Positions 27,501-32,000 of a stretch of 32,000 nt of DNA are shown here, piece by piece (the first letter of the stretch is position 1; each line of letters begins with the position of its first letter). The position numbers and the translations under genes were made by a program. Below the pieces are notes generated by a model, which was not told the DNA's origin, did not search any database, and saw only the letters and a list, made by a program, of their open reading frames with translations. This DNA is from Methylophaga frappieri (lineage in GTDB: Bacteria > Pseudomonadota > Gammaproteobacteria > Nitrosococcales > Methylophagaceae), in assembly GCF_000260965.1 (NCBI RefSeq), contig NC_017856.1, forward strand, positions 510,001 to 542,000, written 5' to 3'.

Positions 27501-28856
27501 CAAGTTATTAATATCAGACGCCGCAAAGGTCGAGCCGACCGCTATTAAGTTGCCATTTAATCGCAAATCACCATTGGCAGGGACGGCAGCAATTTTAATA
27601 ATTGTCTGAACCGCTTGGTTATCAATATCTGACAACCCAAGCTGAGCTTGGGTAAAACCAAAACTCGCAGCCGTTGCAGCAGAAAAACTGCTGGTGCCAC
27701 CCTCATTAACCTCTAAAGGCGTGCCGCCACTAATCGTTGGCGCATCATTAATGGCAACCACATTAATGTTACTGATTTGAATGTTCGTTGGGCCATCAGG
27801 GGTGTCAACATCATTGACGGTAATATCAATCAATGGGGTGTAAGCTGGGTCTAAACTGTTGCTGTTAGTAACCGGGGTAAAAACCATGCCATTGAGGGCT
27901 GAGTTAATTTCGGCTTCAGTGCCGGTAATCGTGACCGCGCTAGTGCCATCGGCACCCGCTGTCACTGCCCACCCTGCCCCTGCTAAGGTAATGCTACCGC
28001 CGGTCACGCTGATCGCGACCTGCAGCTCCACACCTGCATCGTCATCAGTAACACTAATGCCAGTGATAGTTAACGGCACGTCTTCGTCAGTGCTGCGAGT
28101 ATCGACAGCTTGAGCATCGGTTATTTCTGGCGCACCGAGCAAGCCTGTAAAACCTGAAACTTCAACAACCTGTGATTCTATAGCACCGGCTTGCCACTCT
28201 AGATCCCAATCGCCACCTAAGGCTTTAGCGCCAGTGAGGTCAGTAGATGCAGCAATATCGGCCCCGGTTGCAGCCGCCAGTGCAGCAACAAAAGATTGCC
28301 CTTCGGCGCTGCCTGCCACGTCACAACCGTAAAGCAAAATATCGGCATCAACCGATAAAACAGCACGTATCTGGCTGAGAGCCTCACTATAATCTTGCGT
28401 TAGTGTCACCTCATTAACGGTGCTATTACCGAGTTGCAACTGCCCATCACTGCCGTGACTAAATAGATGAATAGCCTCGATATCGTTGCGCCCGGCTACT
28501 GCCTCAGCAATTTGTAGCAAACCATCTTGTTCACCATTGAGTAAAATGACCTCGCTATTGGCAAATTGATTAGCTATTGATTGTTGATTTTCAATACCGG
28601 CATCAATAAACACTATCTGCCGACCCGTTGAGCTTTCGGCAGAAAACTCAGGAGAAAAATCGCCTTGATTCTCAGAATTTTGATGAGGTTCAGCCGATGT
28701 GGGTGATTCGGTATGATTGGCGTTATCTGCCTGCTCAGCGATGGCTATGGGCAACGCTGCATCAAAGACTATTCGCGGTTCAAGTGCTAAACGTTGCGTT
28801 TTGGACTTGAAGATTGAGTTAAAACCTTTTTGCTGACTCATATTGCCAATAACCAT
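21561..28856 (-). CDS. Giant adhesin, fragment 1 (N-terminal 2431 aa): LEPRIVFDAA motif, DUF4347-like domain, diverged cadherin/Ig-like modules, start of the tandem array
   Basis: RLALEPRIVFDAA is encoded at nt 28755-28790. The DUF4347-like signature is IHLFSHGSDGQLQLGN...ILLYGCDVAGSAEGQSFVAALAAATGADIAASTDLTG...GGDWDLEW. Many modules are bounded by (V/I)ND(A/T/D)P. Confidence 0.9.
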   Translation of the reverse strand: MVIGNMSQQKGFNSIFKSKTQRLALEPRIVFDAALPIAIAEQADNANHTESPTSAEPHQNSENQGDFSPEFSAESSTGRQIVFIDAGIENQQSIANQFANSEVILLNGEQDGLLQIAEAVAGRNDIEAIHLFSHGSDGQLQLGNSTVNEVTLTQDYSEALSQIRAVLSVDADILLYGCDVAGSAEGQSFVAALAAATGADIAASTDLTGAKALGGDWDLEWQAGAIESQVVEVSGFTGLLGAPEITDAQAVDTRSTDEDVPLTITGISVTDDDAGVELQVAISVTGGSITLAGAGWAVTAGADGTSAVTITGTEAEINSALNGMVFTPVTNSNSLDPAYTPLIDITVNDVDTPDGPTNIQISNINVVAINDAPTISGGTPLEVNEGGTSSFSAATAASFGFTQAQLGLSDIDNQAVQTIIKIAAVPANGDLRLNGNLIAVGSTFAASDINNLSYQHNGSQVTSVTTDTFLITVDDGAGGLITNQSVSVNINPINQAPTLEGSITVIEGETAVNLADNGLLIAPFNSSRGAISFFDPEGGTAQNYEITSLPINGTLFYNGVAIVAASVGTPFVVADPGLLTYSHSGGENSTDSFNMQVQDDGGGEGNVLSDSATIQLNIVPNNDDPVLNTNVAQTMAPGSTSITLTPAMLEVTDVDSANTSLTYTLTSVPNPAEGYFTVNGQTLTVGATFTQADINAGNVTFVTLSDTPRTDSMTFTVKDGGIRLFPDSRDGGIYDNPSQGSPLTPITFDVVVPDTVTVSPDPVPGAADINTPPTSGGTNTIDAADLNEGGTFNFSNTELLITDAESSPDELVYRLVSLPTSGLIRLNGAELTYNQTFTQADINNGNVSFVHSGDEDFVDSFSYTISDGNTESAPQSFSIAATPQNDTPEAVNNSAIFVGENNTVVINGANIVLSDRDNSASDNETGNAVNDELSFRITVDTLHGELRLDGVLITANTTIVTLAQLQNGDLTYTHLGSENFSDSFSLVPLDDSGVVVPTATNASSEGSTLIVPITIFPANDATTFVSKRQLIAGEAGAVVEGGSRVIGGAQSYATINGVSGSGLPTPDPNLSNAHLVFGDDDNSSIQRQYRITDATNNGSLFLNTTALGVGSVFTQDDLDSGRISYQHDGTETSNDSFDYVVSDGDWTSNDSVSVAQGLPSPPGSTFLIEITPTNDIAEISGPDNLDVFAAGAATTAVPVITLADLDLDDGITAGETDFMRIEVSVVGTGANLLNYTAADPSSFVSGKGTDVMILQGTKAEIDAVLASLTIAFSADLDDDNLILRVVADDRLYDNSGSLLANANGGPVNDDGSAINAANNRVTHDITLRVSNSNDVPVITNVSGFTVDEDAEITLGGFALSDADSFDEDVTATIELFNDAGRTTLASSANEGRLRLSSQPDVVITGNNSNTITITGNITDVENALNALRFQGRGDFNGPGLGNGTLYLRSTIADFDHAGGQQTATVDNDITITPVNDAPVLAINATLTNGLSLDSGTSININAEGGSFTLNDNRDTSEGAADLISVSVAATNTVGGASYGTLTATTSGGAIISNDNTATITITGTAADVEATLNSLVYTPTDANVDTVVRIRTTADDRDGGVGNGTEGVGVDGNNTDSEDFFIEVSGTNDAPVITLPVNPTVLEDSTANAISGISISDTDDFGSDLQVSLSLAGTPKGTINLSTIAGLTFSTGDGTNDTAMVFTGTKAAINTALASLTFTPTGDQNTVAFTQDLTVNVDDQGNTGTGGALTDSETLQITITPVNDAPLRTAASTSLPAVPEDTANPVGDTVSNIFGPRFDDSTDTVTNGSTANTLAGVAIVDNAATAAQGVWQYNSGGGWLAIPATASLANPFLLSSTDQVRFLAQPDWNGTPGDLTVRLIDSSSGAVATGAGADLSGGATGDTTAFSNAANAVTLGTAITAVNDAPVASGSGTLASINEDNTNPAGAALSSVITSSQYDDSTDTVAGGSSATALGGIAIIGNAANPATEGSWQYNSGSGWVTITNVGLSSGNALVLPATADIRFLPVAEYSGTPGALTVHLADSVQAEASGQDISGNLGTTETWSADSINIATAVNPVNDTPVVSGVATTHTYIENDPALVLEPALSLADVDDADLNQAVITIASGFSAGDTLALDAALATSLGLTVDSSVPGTLTISGNATKAEYQSLLRTVNYSSSSDNPGSADRTINWTVRDENSEAAANGQQTSTVVNTTVEVTPVNDAPVITLPANPTVLEDSTANAIGISIADADDSGSDLQVSLSLAGTPKGTINLSTIAGLTFSTGDGTNDTAMVFTGTKAAINTALASLTFTPTGDQNTVAFTQDLTVNVDDQGNTGTGGALTDSETLQITITPVNDAPLRTAASTSLPAVPEDTANPVGDTVSNIFGPRFDDSTDTVTNGSTANTLAGVAIVDNAATAAQGVWQYNSGGGW

Positions 28857-28900
28857 TGTTAAAAAATTTTTAAGAGCAACATATTAGAAATCAGCTAACT

Positions 28901-28935
28901 GGTATTTTCGCTGTTAAAAAAGCAGCCAAAATACC
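28901..28935. promoter_or_regulatory. 13-bp-arm inverted repeat or hairpin (12/13 paired, 9-nt loop), 45-79 nt upstream of the giant-gene ATG
   Basis: The sequence is GGTATTTTcGCTG-ttaaaaaag-CAGCcAAAATACC, paired base by base by eye. No U-run follows on either strand, so it is not a classical terminator. Confidence 0.25.
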
Positions 28936-29093
28936 GTTACTCCACTGTTAGTAAAAGTATGGACGAATATTTAAGTTCCCGACAATTAATATTTCAGTAA
29001 TTACGTCACATAACGGTGTTAATGCTTAATCGATCTATTAATCGAGTAGCTCAGGCTTTATACGACCATAGATGCCGATAGGTTTTTTAACTC

Positions 29094-29112
29094 ACCTGAT
29101 AGATTATCAGGT
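29094..29112. promoter_or_regulatory. Palindrome ACCTGATA-gat-TATCAGGT in the divergent intergenic region, a possible dimeric regulator site
   Basis: It has 8-bp perfect arms and a 3-nt spacer, read directly. An 8-bp direct repeat, ttaatcga, also occurs at 29026-29033 and 29038-29045. Confidence 0.2.
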
Positions 29113-29239
29113 ATATAGAATATAAACAAGTTGCAATATCACAGGCAAAGCAGACATAAAGCTTTATTATACCCAAATATATTACAAGAAAAAAGGACAG
29201 TTATTTCATAAAAGTGAAAAGTTCAAGTTCTCACGATCA

Positions 29240-29458
29240 ATGCGCAGTGTCCGCTCATATTCTGACCATAATATCTATAAAGAGTTAAGTGAAGTATCAC
29301 CTATGCTAACCAAGGTGATGGCGGAGCTGGATGATGTTGTAGACCAGGAACAGCAAGAACTGGAAGCTAAGAATAAAATACTGAGTGATTTAAGGCACCT
29401 TGAAAAGGTCGTTAAGCAGAAAATTGAGGAAATCGAAGAGCAGCTGGATAAATTGTAG
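29240..29458 (+). CDS. Hypothetical small coiled-coil protein (72 aa, or about 51 aa from the internal Met at MLTKVMAELDD)
   Basis: The ORF sits in an otherwise empty gap, convergent with the SpoVR gene. It has strongly heptad-like acidic/basic sequence (QEQQELEAKNKILSDLRHLEKVVKQKIEEIEEQLDKL). There is no convincing Shine-Dalgarno at either ATG and I recognise no family. Confidence 0.35.
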   Translation: MRSVRSYSDHNIYKELSEVSPMLTKVMAELDDVVDQEQQELEAKNKILSDLRHLEKVVKQKIEEIEEQLDKL

Positions 29459-29507
29459 TTCTGGGCGGTTTTTATAAGCGTATGCTATAGGCTGATATTC
29501 TGAGGCG

Positions 29508-31061
29508 TCAGCTGGAGTCACCCTCTTCTAAAATTGGGTTGCTAATTGGAGGGCAGTGATAGTCGTCAACCACTCTTTCTTCGCCGTTTTTGTCACTAAT
29601 TACACTTTCTAGATGAATATCAAACCCCCATAAACGGTGTATGTGTTTGAGTACGTCGGCGGTTCCTTCTTCCATGGGAACCCTATCCGCCGGAATATGC
29701 CTAAGTGTAAGTGAGCGGTCGCCTCTAATATCAACATTCCATACTTGTATATTGGGCTCTTTGTAGCTCAGGTTGTATTGTTTTGCCAATTGTTCTCTAA
29801 CTGTTTTATAGCCATTTTCATCGTGTATGGCCTGAACTAGGTACTCGTTTTCCATATCATCATCTACGATGGAAAATAGTTTAAGGTCGCGAATTACTTT
29901 AGGGGATAAAAACTGCAGAATAAAACTCTCATCTTTAAAGTTTTCCATTGCGAAGTGAACAGTGTTTAACCAGTCATTGCCGGCTATATCGGGGAACCAC
30001 TGCTTATCTTCGTCGGTGGGAGCCTCACAGATTCGACGAATATCCTGATACATGGCAAACCCCAGCGTATAGGGGTTGATACCGCTATACCAAGGGCTAT
30101 CAAACGGAGGTTGGTAGGTAACAGCAGTATGAGATTGTAGAAACTCAATCATAAACCCATCGGTCACTAACCCTTTATCATAAAGTCGATTAAGAATGGT
30201 GTAGTGCCAGAATGTCGCCCAGCCCTCGTTCATCACTTGTGTTTGTCTTTGGGGGTAAAAGTACTGCGCTATTTTACGCACTATTCTGACAATTTCTCGT
30301 TGCCAAGGCTCCAGTAACGGTGCGTTTTTCTCAATAAAGTAGAGCAAGTTTTCTTGCGGCTCTTTGGGGAACCTGTTCTGCTCACCGGGTTTCTCTTTCC
30401 CTTTTTTTGTCGGGAGAGTAAGCCAAAGCTCGTTGACTTGCTGTTGCAGGTATTCCTCTCGTTCTTGCTGACGGTTTTTTTCTTCTGCTGCAGAGATGGG
30501 GGGTGGGCGTTTATAGCGGTCTACCCCGTGGTTCATAATCGCATGGCAAGAGTCCAGAAACTTCTCAACGGTTTCAACTCCGTGGCGCTGTTCGCATTTA
30601 GAAATATAGTTACGAGCAAACAACAAGTAATCGATGATCGCACTCGCATCTGTCCAAGTTTTGAATAGGTAATTCCCTTTAAAAAACGAATTGTGACCAT
30701 AGGCCGCATGGGCAATCACCAGCGCCTGCATGGTGATAGTGTTTTCTTCCATTAAGTAGGCAATACAAGGGTCAGAGTTAATAACAATTTCATACGCCAG
30801 CCCCATCTGACCACGCTGATAGCGCTTAGACGTGTTTAAAAACTGTTTGCCGAAAGACCAGTGATGATAACCCACAGGCATACCGACAGAAGAGTAGGCA
30901 TCCATCATTTGCTCAGCGCTAATCACCTCGATCTGATTTGGGTAGGTATCGAGCTTGAATTCCTTGGCGATTTTGGCAATCTCTTTATCGTATTGCTCTA
31001 TAAGCTCAAAGGTCCATTCTGACCCTGATGAAATAGGCTGTTGGTTCATGTTCAACCCCAT
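29508..31061 (-). CDS. SpoVR-family protein (E. coli YcgB-like)
   Basis: This is a 517-aa ORF. Blocks typical of SpoVR/YcgB: EWTFELIEQYDKEI...LDTYPNQIEVISAEQMMDAYSSVGMPVGYHHWSFGK, AYEIVINSDPCIAYLMEENT, VIAHAAYGHNSFFKGN, NEGWATFWHY. The start may be the second ATG at 31049. Confidence 0.9.
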   Translation of the reverse strand: MGLNMNQQPISSGSEWTFELIEQYDKEIAKIAKEFKLDTYPNQIEVISAEQMMDAYSSVGMPVGYHHWSFGKQFLNTSKRYQRGQMGLAYEIVINSDPCIAYLMEENTITMQALVIAHAAYGHNSFFKGNYLFKTWTDASAIIDYLLFARNYISKCEQRHGVETVEKFLDSCHAIMNHGVDRYKRPPPISAAEEKNRQQEREEYLQQQVNELWLTLPTKKGKEKPGEQNRFPKEPQENLLYFIEKNAPLLEPWQREIVRIVRKIAQYFYPQRQTQVMNEGWATFWHYTILNRLYDKGLVTDGFMIEFLQSHTAVTYQPPFDSPWYSGINPYTLGFAMYQDIRRICEAPTDEDKQWFPDIAGNDWLNTVHFAMENFKDESFILQFLSPKVIRDLKLFSIVDDDMENEYLVQAIHDENGYKTVREQLAKQYNLSYKEPNIQVWNVDIRGDRSLTLRHIPADRVPMEEGTADVLKHIHRLWGFDIHLESVISDKNGEERVVDDYHCPPISNPILEEGDSS

Positions 31062-31316
31062 CTTTTGAACAATTATTCATAAAGTATAGCTCATGGGAAT
31101 AGTCATACTCTCAATTTATTGCAGAGTTAGGATATAGCAACTATTCTTAATGCTATGGATAGAAACCACAGGGAGCTAGTGTTCGTTGTGTAGCGGCTGA
31201 AAGGTTTAGCATCGTATCGAAAAAGTACTATTAGTTAATGATAACGTTGATGGGTGCAGCGACACCGTTGAGTATTTTGAATTGATTTTTCATGCTAAAT
31301 TTTTTGGTAATAGTTT

Positions 31317-32000
31317 ATGAATAAGATTTTTCGCGTTTTTTGGAATTCAAGTTTACAGGTGTGGCAGGCAGTCGGTGAAAATAGTAAAGGTCGTAAAAAG
31401 TGTAAGGTTGGCGCCTCTAAGGCCTCAGGTCGGCTTATTGCTTCTGGTGCTCTGACGCTGTTGAGCGCTAATGTTTTTGCTGCTGACTTACCTACCAATG
31501 GAGTGGTTGTCTCTGGCCAAGTGGCGATCGAACAACAAGCCAACGTGATGAATGTCACCCAGTCTAGCAACAAAGCTGCGGTTAACTGGCAGTCCTTTGA
31601 TGTGGGCAAGAATAATACGGTTAACTTTGTTCAGCCCAGCGCCACCTCAGCCATTCTTAATCGCGTCATTGGCAGCGATGTGTCTAGCATCCAAGGGGCT
31701 ATTAATGCCAATGGTCAAGTCTTTTTAATCAACCCAAACGGCATTTTATTTACTCCTAGCGCACAAGTTAACGTAGGTGCGCTGGTTGCCTCTACGCTTA
31801 ATATTAGCAACGAAGATTTTAACTCCGGCAACTATGTCTTTGCAGGCGATAGTAGCAGCGCCATTATCAACCAAGGCAACATTCAAACCGCTGATGGTGG
31901 TTATGTTGCATTTATTGCCGCCAAAATCGAAAACATCGGCAATATCACGGCCAACAATGGCGAAGTATTGATGGGTGCTGGTGCAAAAGTGACCCTAGAT
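31317..32000 (+). CDS. FhaB/filamentous-haemagglutinin-like two-partner-secretion exoprotein (TpsA), N-terminal 228 codons; continues beyond the window
   Basis: My own translation from ATG 31317 gives MNKIFRVFWNSSLQVWQAVGENSKGRKK (extended signal peptide region type). It continues with LLSANVFAADLPTNGVVVSGQVAIEQQANVMNVTQSSNKAAVNWQSFDVGKNNTVNFVQPSATSAILNRVIG...INANGQVFLINPNGILF (NPNGI at 31731-31745). This is the classic TPS / haemagglutination-activity domain. It is absent from the ORF track because it has no stop in the window. Confidence 0.9.
   Translation, partial: MNKIFRVFWNSSLQVWQAVGENSKGRKKCKVGASKASGRLIASGALTLLSANVFAADLPTNGVVVSGQVAIEQQANVMNVTQSSNKAAVNWQSFDVGKNNTVNFVQPSATSAILNRVIGSDVSSIQGAINANGQVFLINPNGILFTPSAQVNVGALVASTLNISNEDFNSGNYVFAGDSSSAIINQGNIQTADGGYVAFIAAKIENIGNITANNGEVLMGAGAKVTLD

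Larger units (their letters stand above)
14590..28856 (-). pseudogene. Single giant (about 4,750-codon) repetitive surface adhesin gene, interrupted by six small indels. This is either a real pseudogene or an assembly or sequencing artefact.
   Basis: Five consecutive minus-strand ORFs carry the same repeat protein sequence across their joins. Compared with sister repeat copies there are +1 nt at 17293/4, +1 at 18116, -1 at 21013-17, -2 at 21498-500, -2 after 21556 and -1 at about 21563. The observed 14,267 nt, minus 2 and plus 6, gives 14,271 = 3 x 4,757, so one ORF is restored. The frame changes between the five ORFs (end coordinates mod 3: 2,1,2,1,0) match these indels exactly. Confidence 0.85.

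Noticed and set aside
14738-28113. Many plus-strand ORFs of 60-257 aa inside the adhesin locus, several in identical copies (for example 17298..17960, 19036..19737, 22582..23283, 19810..20475, 21580..22245, 23356..24129, 17045..17257 and its repeats).
   Set aside because: They are antisense shadows of a long, compositionally biased minus-strand gene. They recur only because the DNA is tandemly repeated. Their products are low-complexity A/V/S/T/L/P strings with no motifs. The minus-strand frame carries clear domain signatures.
31295-31609. 104-aa minus-strand ORF.
   Set aside because: It is antisense to the ESPR/TPS-domain start of the FhaB-like gene, which has unmistakable motifs in the plus frame.

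Overview
This 32-kb window reads like a moderately AT-rich gammaproteobacterial chromosome segment; the taxon is an inference from Mpl and SpoVR similarity and gene content. It has three blocks.

(1) 1-6150 is a mobile-element scar. A minus-strand SF1B RecD2/TraA-like helicase gene runs off the left edge and loses its 5' end at about 1860. It is cut there by an IS66-family element with intact tnpA-tnpB-tnpC (1942-4253). An IS91-family rolling-circle element abuts this at about 4312 (HUH/Y2 transposase 4408-5913). Its oriIS-like terminus (...CCTATACCC, 6150) cuts a COG1033/MMPL-type RND exporter gene after about 67 codons.

(2) 6151-8208 is backbone: the exporter stub plus mpl.

(3) 8209-28856 is one minus-strand gene string. 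It starts with a 14.27-kb giant adhesin gene carrying an N-terminal LEPRIVFDAA motif, a DUF4347-like domain, many VNDAP-delimited cadherin/Ig-like modules and about four near-identical 1776-bp tandem units. I saw no RTX repeats. Six 1-2 nt indels split this gene into five ORFs. Downstream lie a TolC-like lipoprotein with a C-terminal extension, a short secreted adaptor, an adaptor with a GAF-like cytoplasmic domain, and a site-2-protease (M50)-HlyD fusion. No ABC/ATPase gene is present. This ATPase-less TolC/adaptor/S2P module coupled to a giant adhesin is my best candidate for an undescribed system.

The right flank holds an orphan coiled-coil ORF, a SpoVR/YcgB-family gene, and the 5' end of an FhaB-like two-partner-secretion exoprotein (ESPR + TPS domain) running off the right edge. 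No rRNA, tRNA or CRISPR was seen.
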